NCBI RefSeq assembly: GCF_964204865.1 | Contig: NC_135263.1 | Coordinates: 16,616,001-16,680,000, forward strand | Length of the DNA: 64,000 nucleotides | Direction: 5' to 3' | Origin: Styela clava | Taxonomy: Eukaryota | In this document: positions 24,236-40,014 of the stretch, one piece after another | Numbering within the stretch: the first letter of the stretch is position 1 | Layout of the letters: each line of letters starts with the position of its first letter | Translations under genes and position numbers: made by a program | The notes under the pieces: generated by a model | Seen by the model: only the letters and a program-made list of their open reading frames with translations | What the model was told of the DNA's origin: nothing | The model's database searches: none

Positions 24236-27200
24236 GTTTAGTCGGTCCTGAGTATTGTGGCAACCTCCGAATTTGTATTATTAGACACCCATTATATATA
24301 TGTGCGAGAGAAAATAGCTCATATCTCTTGCTCTTCTTCGGCCGTTTTGGCTGGAGGTCGGCCGCTTTTCAGCTATGTCTGATGCTTATTCCATTTAAAG
24401 TGTCGAGTTGTCGTTTTCAATGAATAACCAATCCGGAATCTTGGGTCTTCTGATGTATTTAAATACAGTAGCAAAAACCATATCTGTGACAATATAACTG
24501 TTTCCATCATACAAAAAATGATTGTCGAAGCAGTATAATATATAAAAATTGTTCAGCTTCAAAAAAATGTTTGCAAGGTGATTTCTGGCACGGAAATATG
24601 AAAATAAAAAATTAATAAGTGCGGGTAGTATTTTTTACAGTTAGAACTAATTTTTTCATTCCATTGAATGTACGCATTACAACATAAATTTTTGCGACAT
24701 TGCACGTATACATGTCTAATTAATATAATTTTACCGACTCTATCCAATGCCCCAATACGCATCAATCATGTGCGCGAAGATACCAGGCCTTTTAACTATA
24801 TATATATATATAATTTTTTCTGCCCTATCAGGCCAGGTTAAATATGGCAATGTACTTCAAATTTCAACCGGACTTCATCAGTAACGGTCCTCACTCAGAT
24901 AGTTGTGAGCCTGAAAAGATCCAAGTGACATGATTGTCGTCGTTACACGGAATATTAAATTACATATTTGCTACGCTTGGGGCAAAGTTATCAAATTGAT
25001 AAATCGTGCATGGAAAACACGAGTGATCTCCTATTTATATTTGATTTGATGTTCTATATGACGACATCGTCGTTTTGACCACTCAAAGCCAATTATGCAA
25101 TAAACATGTATGAACTGAATGCGTGGAACATACCAGGCTTATAACAAACAGTTGCCGGAAGGAAGACTGACGCAACACATGATTCGAGTCTTTTCACGGC
25201 AGAGAGCTTTTCATGTTTTCAAAAGACAGATTCAAAGAGTTTCTACAGCCACAGTGGGTTGCATGCAATGCAATTTTACGTTGGAAACTCGACTCGACTG
25301 ATGTGGATATGTATCATAGTGTAAGGAAGCTAACCACAAAGGCGATATCGCGGTATAGGGAATTCTCACCGCCATCTGTTTAACTGTGGGAAGGAAAAGG
25401 TTCGAACGATACAAAATCTGCGTATTATCCGTTTGTGAATTGTGCATAATCTTTACAGCTGAGATAATATGCTAAATATAACAGTTTAGCAAATAGCATT
25501 TTAGCTTATGCATTTTGTGATGAATTCAAACGGAAATCTCATTTATGCAGTTATGTGTGCTCTTATAGAAATGTTAGTTAACGCTATTGGTAACCAGATT
25601 AGAAGCGGTATATTACAGTCACGACTAAGAATGTGTCAACATATGGAGAAGAAACAGTTAGGCGCCGTGGTTGTCTGAAACTATAGGTCGGGATATTAAG
25701 ATAATTTATTTAATACCTTCTTCTCTCCTTGAGTTTCACTTTGAAATTCTGTTACATTTCAGATATTTCATTTTTCGCATGCCTTATTCTTAGCAAAGAT
25801 TCAATTTACTTCCTGGATTTGTCTCTCAATAACGTAGTCCAATATTGGTGAAGTTAAGTTTTGTCAATGTTAGTTTTGTGTTGATTGTATTGATGGCGCG
25901 AAAAGTTAAACTTGAAACGAATAAATCCGAAGTTAAGCAAACATGACGTCATAAATAGTTTGTGTTTACCGCCGTGGCGTGATTTGACTGCGGAACGCCT
26001 CAAGTCCCAGGAGACAATAAAATTCGCATATATTTTCCAAAGTTTGTTGGTTATTTCATGGGACTAATGGACAAGTTAGTCGAAATCGTCGAATTGTTAA
26101 ATTGGCATTATACCAATCGTTTTTTATTTTCCCTTTTGTGCTGTTTACGTTTTATGGCCTAATAAAGCATGCTAGCTAAAGATATAATTTAAGTTCAAAC
26201 TTACGTTTTCTTTAATTACCTTTACACTCTTACACATTTGTCTTATTACCAAATTCCGTTTTCTGTAATGACGGTTATTTTACTTCTAAATGATTTCCAC
26301 GCAAAATAAAGTGGCTACCACACAGTGAGTTTAAAAAAGTTGAATTAAGCAACTATATGATTGGAAGTCCTAAATATCATGATAAGACGCTTAAATGTGA
26401 GACACATGTACAACATATCATAATTTTGCAGCACGCGTGTTTACCACCTTCATCTCCTCGTATTGTAGAAATCGAGACAGAACAGGAAATGTTTTATTCA
26501 ATATATATATATCGGGAATCGAGCATCTTTCTGCTATTCAAGCATAAATGCAGACGAAATTGTTTTCAATAATTCATGAACGAGTTTCTATTTGAATTAC
26601 GAAAAGTTGAAGCTAAATATATTTAGATATATTCGGTGTTTCTGTTCTATGTATTTCCATGTACAGGCAATGTCATTGTTAAATGATATGGGATTAGGAA
26701 CTTTTTCACGCGACAACGTACAAGTCTGTTTAAAAGTTTGATCGTGTGTGGATATTTTTACTCTTTTAAAATTTTATTTCTTTGTTTTGTGACTACGTAC
26801 CGTTCAATATATGTCCTTTGCGTATACTGCTTTTCATAATACATAATATTCCAGTTGACCAATATCAACCAAATTTCACACCATGTCGAAGGATATGCAT
26901 CTGACTATTAACCTGGACTAGAGTGATTGAAGATAAACTCGGATATCCTAAGTTTTTTCAATTAGAATTCTTTTTGATATGAAATATCATCCCAATTACT
27001 GGGCACAAGAATCCTTTATGGTTACTTTACCATAAATTATCCTCAACTATTTTTGTTCTATCATTGACCATGCATCTGCGATGCTTCAGGTGATCTAGGC
27101 ACATGTGGCTCAGGCTTGCCCTAGTATAATGAGGCAGCGTCAATTTAACATAATTTGCGAATTGAAGTTGAATTGCCTCCATTCGATGGAAAATTTGATT

Positions 27201-30200
27201 GAAAACTTTCGTTTTATTTCGATTTTACACTTCAAGTTGAAAATTTATTTTGCTATATTACCAATTTCAAAAATTGCTTTTTCGTGGAATCTGTGACAGT
27301 GAGGAACGAAGTGTAAAATGTGAATCGTAAAGTTATGCAAACCGTAGATGATAGATGTCGAAAATACTTCAATACAATTGGTTTGTCTAGGTCTTCTCTG
27401 CCTTATATGAGGAAATAACTCTAGTAATGCGACGCCAATAATGATAACAAAAATTATTTTAAGCAGATTATTAATTTGCCATTACAAGAAAGCGTGTGAG
27501 AATATATATTTTATTATTGAAGATGAGGAAAGTTGTTATTTCATTGATTGATAGATATGACCAATGCAATCGAGATAAAACACGTTAGCTTACCGTTTTC
27601 AAGTGTAACTCATCAAATGAAAAGTGACCTCTGCAAAAACCTCGAACTTACAAAGTGTATTTAAGATAATTTAATTTTAATTTGGATGGCTGAAGATGAG
27701 ATATGAAGTACACACGATGGACTATTGTGCGTTATGAGGTGAATAGATCGCAATATGTATATATAAATCCACTTAAGCAATACTGACCAATAAGTCGGGA
27801 AAAAACATTGCACGAAATTGTTAAAGATTTTTAAAATAAATCAGCTGAAGTTCGCTTGGTATGAACGAGATCGGTCATTCTCTTGTGACAAACCACTCAG
27901 TTGAAAATTTTATAACTAGAAATTAGCAATCTGAAAAATCAGTATACGTTGGACTCGGACTCATTAAACTTTAAAAGTGTAAATATAACGCATGTGCACA
28001 AATTCCACAAGAAAATCAATCTACCACCATGGTGGCATGTTTGCATATTACAATGTCATGTACGTGCTATGATCTTCAGTAGACAACAAATCCCCTTTTC
28101 TGCAACTATTTATATATTAGTTAAAATACTTTTCTTCAGGTCGCAATGAAGTTGCATACCATTTACTTAGAAGTTCTCTGGAATAAACACGTGTTACGGA
28201 AATAGGTAATATTTATACGAGAGAGAGAGCCTATTTTAATATGACGATGTATAGAAGCGTGAAAAAACACAATTTTTTTCCATTAAGATGCCTAGATCTC
28301 AGTTGTTATGTAAGAAATTACGTTTTTGCGGAAGGATATGAATGATATAAATCGGGGATTTTTTTCACTTATGTTATGTCGGTGATAAATTAGTTTAGGC
28401 ACGTTGAATTAAGTATTGTTTATATGCGTGCAACTTAATAATTTGGTTTATTATTACAACTTTCAGTAAATGAAATGAATTATACCTGATTTGGAACAAG
28501 TCGTACGTACGTAGCTTCATCACTGATTTTTGAAATGGCATTTTCGCATTGCCGCATGAAGATTATGTTTTAATTATTCACACTCACAATTGCCTATCGC
28601 ATAAGTGGGATGTATTGGAGAATAAGGTCGGGCCTAATCAATCAAAAGTATTGCTATGATATAATTGTGATACATCACGTTCAGGTTGCCCTTACGTATA
28701 TGCCCTTATATTGTCGGTTATTTCTAGGCAGAAATATTGGTTTATATGTATGCAAAGAATTGTCGTAAAAAATTTATTTGTGCATGTACATGTATAGTTA
28801 CCTTAATTGGATCGATCGCCAGATCGATTCTATCCCCGTGCGGGCCAATTCGTATAGAAGACGAAAATTCGTGAATTGATATCGATCGTTCCGTCCATTC
28901 GTCAAATCGGAAATACAATGCCACTTCCGCTGGCGACCACAGAAATATGAAACCTATCTTACACTTTTATACCAAAGGTTGTTGTTTACACTATAGGAGC
29001 GACCATCTTTCTATCATATGGTTTTTAGAAAGTTGAACTTTTTTATTAATTAAGATGACAATTAATGTTTCAACGCATAATTTCAGCGCATTGAGGAAAA
29101 GGGCAGTTTATTTTCTTTGAGATTGTTTGAAGTTGGTAAGTGCGTTAAATTTTTTTGTTGGAGTTAGAAAGGAGGGGAATTTTGTGATTATACCACATGA
29201 TTTTTTAAGCTAGTTCAACTCAATAAAAATGTTATTTTTGAGAAACTTGCATGTATAACTATACACTAAAAGATGAATGATTTTCTCATTTTTACAATAT
29301 TATCCTTGCAATCATTTTTTGGTTGCATTGAAAACAAGCATAAAATTTTGATTTATGACAATATGGGAGGTTTCGGGTTGTGAGAAAATTACGAACTACT
29401 TTAAATTGGTCTTTTTTTTAAGATAAATTTGACATCGAGTAATAGCGTTGTTACCAGTATGAATAGTTCAACATGATTATTTCCAAATGAAGTTTAAGAA
29501 AAATGTTCAGCAAGGTCTTGTTGAAGTAGTTAACCTATTCTAGAAGCGGCATTTAAATTAAATTAAAATCGAGGAGAAAATTCATAAGAAAAGCAATGCA
29601 AAGTTTACACCAGGTATTCAGGTAATGGTCAATATATATATGCTATGTCCATGGTTTAAGAATATGTTGTCATACGTACGATTTGGGGATCCGAAAAATA
29701 CGATTATAACATGTAAAGATATGCACTGTATCATATCAGCTTTCGGCACTTCAACGGTCGCCATTAATTTTACTCAAAGTTTGTCTCTTCACTTATGAGC
29801 TACTGTGCTGACCTTGCTTTAAAAAATAAAATGAAAAATTCCAATGCCCGTGTGCTTCCTCTTCTTTGTTATATTTTTGTTTTGTAGTATAAAGTGAATT
29901 TTTATTCGGTTAGTTCGTGATCAAATGTCCTGCCTGTCAGCAGGCATAACTGCGATTCGTAATGCATCATCCCTGCAAGATCAAGTGTAGCAAATCGATC
30001 GACCGGTAATTTTCCCGTAATCATGTTTTTGAATAACATTACCCTGTAAAGATTTAAATATGCATGAAGTTCTAGTTGATTTGTCCCCAAAAAGTTTTTC
30101 GCGACAATTTTAGGATTACGGCTCGTGGGTTAAAAATATGGACCTGCAGTGAACCGCGCCTATATCGATCATCTCTTATTTAATATTTTATGACTGAATT

Positions 30201-31459
30201 GCAGTTGTCATAGGTGTTTGGACCAAACGTCGTGCTATTCTGTTGAAAATATGATGACTATATATTTAATTAGCACCAAGTATTATCAAACAATTTTTTT
30301 GTAATTATAATATTTCCCTGGAAATCAAACTTACGTTTTTCTACCGTAATTCTCTTTCGAATACCAAATGAATATTAAATCAATTTATAATAAGTTTTAC
30401 ACAAATCAGAATATATTATTACAGATGATAAATTTAAAATCCAGTGTCGTCGCCGTGATTTGGAATTCAATGCCTGATCGATACATAATATGCAAATATA
30501 ACAGTTTGAACAAGATTGAAAAGGGGATGCCTTTTTCATTACATATGGGAATGACATGAATAATATTTATATTATGCAAAAAGGGCTGAATACTCTAGTT
30601 TCATATAATGCTTTGTAGGTGTTATGGTTTCAAATTTCTCCTATTAACAAAATTATAATATTACTGTATATGCTTTCTAATAAACCGTTTAAACGTGGCA
30701 TATTGTAAAAAAACAATATATTATATTCCTTGTTATATATTATAGTGTGAGTTTCCAGTCGAAACAAATGTGACAATAGAAAATAGGTGAACGTGTTGAA
30801 TTTCGTTAAGATGTAATTGAGGAAGTGAGTATGTAACATTAAATATTAGATTTTCTTTTTTATAGACAAATAGTTTTAAAACCAAAGGATCATATTTATT
30901 TACTTTCCTTCCTTCGATGCGAACTTACTCAGAACGCGTCTTCGTTTGTACTATTATACGACTTCAACTTTACCGGATGGTGTTCATGATTATGTTTAGT
31001 ATCAGTAAATTTAAAAGCATCGTTAAAGCTCATAATCAATTTAGTTTTAATAGATTATCTGAGTCCAAATCAAAGCATTTTCGAGACCTAAATTCGGGGC
31101 TTGTCAAATTAGAACCACCCCTCGAACCAACATACAATCTCAGCACATGGAACAAAATTTGTCCTGTGTCGACCAAGTAAGTGTACGGTTACGGTTCGAC
31201 GGTACCGATTTACCAATAGCTCATACATTCAATTTACGCAATAGAATAATCACACTTTGATCGGCAGGCAACTAAGTATGCGCGACATGTTGATGAATGG
31301 TTCTATCGATCTTTGCGATGGTAGGACAGAGTTCTTGATCCCAAATATTAATAAATTATTACGTTCTCTTATATGTCAGGTTATAGATAGATATATAGAT
31401 TTTATGAGATTTTCTGACATTCGTTGTTCAGAAGGAAAGAATCAGTTCAAGTCGTCAGT

Positions 31460-34133
31460 ATGGCAGAACCATCTCCTCTAATTGACATAAACGTCGGAGG
31501 ACAAATATTTACAACAAAACTTAAAACAATTGCAAAATTCCCCGATTCAGTTCTTGGGAGAAAAGCTGCTTATTTTCTTGCCAACTCGAAATTTGATTCG
31601 TCTGACATTGATTCACAGGGTCGACTGTTTTTAGACAGAGACCCAAAGATATTTTCTCACGTCTTGCAATATTTGAGGGAAGAAAATAGTACTGATATCA
31701 AGAAAGGTGCTGATTTATCTCCTACGCAAGATTTTGAAGAAGGACAAACATGCAAATGGTTGCATCATTTACCAAAGTACGAGCAGCAACGCTTTGCTGA
31801 TGAATGTGAACATTTTCATCTATCGCTACCGTCGTTTTTCGCAGATTCTTTTCCCGAATTTCAACGAAGTCATCCTCATTTTAATCGATGTGTTTCAGAC
31901 AATGAAATTTACAGATCTGAAATGAGGTAGTTCTTGCTTTTTATTCACGATATTTTGCTTTTTTTATTGCTAGCATCTGCAATATAACCAAACTATCATT
32001 TTCGAGCGAATAATAAGAAGAAGAAAATGATAACTTTGCTTTAACTTTTTAGTCATAATTCAAATTATGCACAAATTTGATTAGTTGTCATCCGACTCTT
32101 CTAAAATTCCATAAAATATCAATATTCGCACTTACTTCCCCTAACGCGTAACCTCTTCTCAGAGTGATAAATATTCATCACATAATTTGACAAAACCTAA
32201 CCTAAGCCAAGACAATCGAGAATCGACAAAATATTCAAAGGTTAAAAAGATAATATGAACAGTGTGTACTGCCTCATTGTAGTTTTGGGTCCCCTTCTCG
32301 CATATACTTCATCACCCCATATTTTAACAAGAAGCAAAAACAAATTGTATAATAACAAAAACCTCATGATATTTCCTCATAACCAAATTCTGAAAATTAA
32401 TAACAGAGCGAGAAGAAATGAAAATTTTATTCACAGTCATAATGGAAAACATCTACATCACAGATCGATAAATATATATTTGATATTTTATTTTTTGAAC
32501 ACGAAACGCACCTATAGATCGTTTTGTAAAATTATTGTTGTTGTACTTGTTGGCATGTTCTGAGTTGTGTTTCTTTGCAACTATTGTACCAATCGATAGT
32601 TTCAGTACTAGATATGAAAAAGCTAAAAGGCGGTTATTTTCATTTTTCAAATTTTATTTTAAAGTCGGTGGGCTCGATGTTTAATTTGGCAGATTTTGCG
32701 TATATTGCGCCAATATATGGCATCCTGCCAGGCCTAATTTTGAAAAACGATTTGAAGCTTCACATTGCTGTACTGACAAAAGGTCTAACTTTGGATGCTT
32801 CCTAAATTTGAGTGATATATATTTTTTAAATCTTGCACCAAAATGCGACATATATTGACTATGATGTTGCTTATTTTACACATTTTCTGTTCCAGAAATA
32901 AATCTATCAGACGCTCTCATAGTGGACCAAAATATATATCATTGGGATATCGAGCAACATATGAAGTAACAAGAGACGCTTTCAGCAATGACAAATTTCG
33001 CAGGATCACTCGAATCACAGTTTGCGGAAGTGCTTCGGCAGCGAAAGAGGTTTGTTTCAATTCAATAGGAATAAGAAAGAGTCATCGTATTCTCTTTTGA
33101 GTTCAGTTCATATTACACTATAGATCTATTGCGCGTTCCCGACTAACACAGAATCTTACTGAAATATTCTAAAATATAAAATTAATAAATAAAAATGGGG
33201 TAGAAGCAGAAATATCGAATCTATAGCAATTAACACCATATATCATTTCATATATATATATATAATTAATAATAAAAAACTGGAGTAGGAACAAAAATAT
33301 CGAATTTATAGCAATTTACATCATGCATCGGTATATCTGTATATCACGTGTCACGGACATTGTATACATACTAGAATAATCAGGGGTTCTCAACCTTTTC
33401 TCTGTTAAGTACCCCCCAATCACGAAACAATCAACGCGAACCCCCAGTAATCAGACACCAAACTAAATTGTGATATATTGACTAACAATTTGCTGTAACG
33501 ACTGCCAAGCCGTGCATTTCACATTGTTGCATCACAATAACAACAACTCAAGATCAGGGCAAATGTACGCTGAGTTTCAATTGGCATTTATTTTCCTCTT
33601 GTAGTTACTTTCTTTGTTAAAGGATATTAAAAAAAAGCAACACACGAAAACTCGACTGTCATCCAAGTAACCCTGGAAATCTTCTTGTGAACCCCTGGGG
33701 GTTCGCGAACCCCAGGTTGAGAACCCCTGTACTAGATAGATAGCAAAATAACGTGAGCAAGTTGAATTAAGTTACGATCTCTACACCTGTTTAAGGTCAC
33801 TCATAGAGAAAAATTGACGCGGACTTATCCGGAAATAATTACACTATGATCCAATTTTACAAATAAATGAATAGATTCTACTGTTATTGAAATTTCTAGG
33901 TGTTCGACGACGACATTAATGACAGCAGAGATCCGGATAGACAACCCGCAGGTGGATACACAAGTCGATACTACTTGAAACACAATCACCTAGAAAAGGC
34001 ATTCGAGTCATTGAGTGCGAAAGGATTCCACATGGTTGCTTCCACATCAAGCGGTTCTAAAACACTGACATCACAAGCTGATGAATACAAACAGTGGACT
34101 GCTTACGTAGATTACGTATTTTGCCATCCGTAA
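31460..34133 (+). CDS. KCTD8/12/16-like BTB(T1)+H1 protein, 3 coding exons (31460-31926, 32896-33049, 33900-34133)
   Basis: INVGGQIFTT...DSQGRLFLDRDPKIFSHVLQYLR (T1/BTB) and YISLGYR...KFRRITRITVCG...AKEVF...NDSRDPDR...YTSRYYLK..LEKAF..L...GFHMVA (H1). In-frame GT-AG junctions. Confidence 0.92.
33381..33729. mobile_element. hAT MITE in KCTD intron 2
   Basis: Perfect TIRs caggggttctcaacc / ggttgagaacccctg. The TSD is not clean. Confidence 0.8.
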
Positions 34134-35577
34134 AACACACGAGTCGTCTTTCGGATGAAATATCAGCTGACTTATTAACATGGACTGAATTTTTGAATTA
34201 TTTAAAAAAAATATAAATTCGCAGATTTTTGAAATTTTGTTTATGTAAAACTGTTGCTAATGTTCGTTTAGGATATAGTTTTCTGCGAATGAGACACCTG
34301 GACCAGACACGCAATACACACAAAAACATTTCGTTTATCCGAATTTTTTTTTTTAAATTGTTGATTAAAGTTACAACTCAACTCTTTTAAATCAAGCTTT
34401 TATTGTATAATTAGTACCTGTTTTACAGCTTTATGAGCAATATCATATAATATTATATATATTTAAAGTGATTGTAGGAAATCACTTTCGTATTTGGGTA
34501 TTCATTTTGTTGTTGTGCATTGTAAAAATTGACTTCCATATGATACGCTGTATTACATGTCGAACTTAAATACTGTAACTAATTTTATAAAATTATAGTT
34601 GGATTTTCTCGTATGGTCCTACATCCTAGTTTTTTGAAAGAAGACAAATCATCATTCCCAAGTTTTCTTAATGCCTCATGCGAGGATGTAAATAAACTAA
34701 CCCGTCAAGATTAAGCTCGAGAAGCGTTAGAAGCAATGTATGTAATCTATTCAACAAAATTGGTGTCTTTTTATTTTGTATTTACATTCGAAGCCGCCGA
34801 CCTGCATTTTCATTGGAATATAGAACTGTTTATATATTGTTTACGAGTGGATTGTCAACTATATGTTATTTGTAAATACGTCACGTGTTGTAAAATCATA
34901 CTGTATTTATCGGCCATTGATTTGGTTGGTTGTTACGCTTTTGTTTACTTTTACTTTGCTATTATACGATGTTTGATTTGATGAATGTAAAAATAATACT
35001 GCCATACCGTTTCATGATTTGTTTTTATTATCAAACAAAAACATAAGACAGAAAGCTAGATATAATACTGCCAATAGTTTTTCCAGCAAAGTATTTTACA
35101 AAAAAAATAATTACCATGGAGTCTTTCACATTATGAAGTTCAGAGTATTTGTACTTGTACGCAACACGAAATATCTACATATATATGGAATATACAAGAA
35201 AATTTTCCCCTTCAAGGTTGGATTTTTGTCCCATGTGTTTCTATTCGAATTTAACAATGTATTGAAGCAAATCGGTCATTTTTTCTCCACTGCTGTTTGA
35301 ATGACGAGTATGTCTCATTCTAGTAAAATCACATTAACATCTCAAAATAACATTTATTTCATAGAATATTGTTATTTGTGAAGGGAAATCTTGTTATTTG
35401 CGAGTGAAATGCAAACATTTCGCTGGGCATGTAGACTATTATGCAGCCTATGACGCTCTAATGCAAAATTCGCTCAAGTATGCATGGAAATTATTGCCTC
35501 AATTTTGATCATTCAAATATTTATTAACTGAAGTAGTTTATACGGGAATATACACAGAATTGCTCGTCAGTAAACAG

Positions 35578-38653
<3,076 letters not shown>

Positions 38654-40014
38654 TTTTGCTCTACTAAGTGAATATAAATAGAATTTATTGAACATTTCCC
38701 TGGTTTTGTTGTTTTCGAATGTCAACTTTTTACAATGTCTGTGACTAACTTGAAATTTAGCTAGAAGTCATATAAATTTATTACGTTTGTGATTTTGACG
38801 AATTATTTGGTCGACACGACAGCCTGTTTAAAATGATGTTGTATTTCGTACTGACTAACGCTTCTCTATTCATCTATGGTTACAATGTGGATGCAATTTT
38901 CACAATAATCGATGCGTGCGTGATCAAGTTCTTGGCATATAAATTCTAAAACTGGTAGATTATTAAGCTGACAAAACGTTTTATGTATGTTCAATGGTTC
39001 TGTGTCTAAACGCAAAAGGAAAAACATCGGCCATTGCCATCGGGCCGGTCTAAATGCTGAAATATTCAACGGATTGAAAAGTTAAATCTGATCTTTCTCA
39101 TATGTTTGACGTCATGCGGATTTCTGTCTCACTAAAATATTGGTTTAGAATGAACAACAAAATCTGAGCTTGTGCAAACAGCAAAGTCAAACAACAAGTT
39201 CAAATGAAAGGCTTTCTATTTCTGTTGATGCTTAAATTGTACGTTCGTCTATTCCTTCGTCACGCTAATTGCTATCATGAACCCTAGAACAAAATATCCT
39301 TCTCACATAACATGGAAGCGCAGTTATTGTTGATTTCCCACGTCCTTAAGACTTTCTGGGTGCAACAATACCTGATCACGTATACCGCAAGCAAAAATTA
39401 CTGCTAAAAATATGTATCACAGAATTTCAAACGTGATGAGGAGTGAGTCAACTAACAAATGAATTAGATTGGCGCTGACCGTTTAGTGATTTATCTTTGG
39501 GCGAGTTATGGATTTTGTGTATTTAGAAATCATTCACTAATCAAAAAGAAGCCACCAAAAACAAAACAAATTACCGACTCATTAGTAACGTTTTTTCAAC
39601 GTTACTTTTGAATCTCATCCGCGATCGCAGAATGTGAAATACATGTTTGGCACGAATCACGCTATTAGTAATAAATTATATACGGACAAACCAACACTCT
39701 ATTCGCACAAAAAGTTGGAGTCTATTAGGTATTTATTAATACAAGATTTTTATAACATTGATGTTTATGCTGTTTTTGCTTTTCTGGCATGAACCGACCC
39801 AGCCTGATCTTCATAACTTCTAGAAACAAAAACCCAAACTAATCACCGAACCCCTCATAAAAGTTGAGCCGTTCTAATTGCTTATTATAAATTTATACAT
39901 GTTAAAAACGAAAAGATCGTCATTGTACTTCACATGCAATACAAATACCATACCAGTCAATTACGCGTTCCGTCCTCATTTATGTAAAAAAAATCCAAGA
40001 TTTCATTTGAAAGC

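Noticed and set aside
24300-31400. Short ORFs in the long intergenic region
   Set aside because: No motifs or consistent exon chain. Probably KCTD upstream/UTR-intron sequence. A possible non-coding exon donor near 29135 is unsupported.
18489-31460. Fusion of the Crypton-like gene with the KCTD gene, as in Crypton-derived KCTD1
   Set aside because: The first gene has its own stop, the gap is 13 kb, no DUF3504/recombinase-like sequence is seen, and this KCTD is of the 8/12/16 type.
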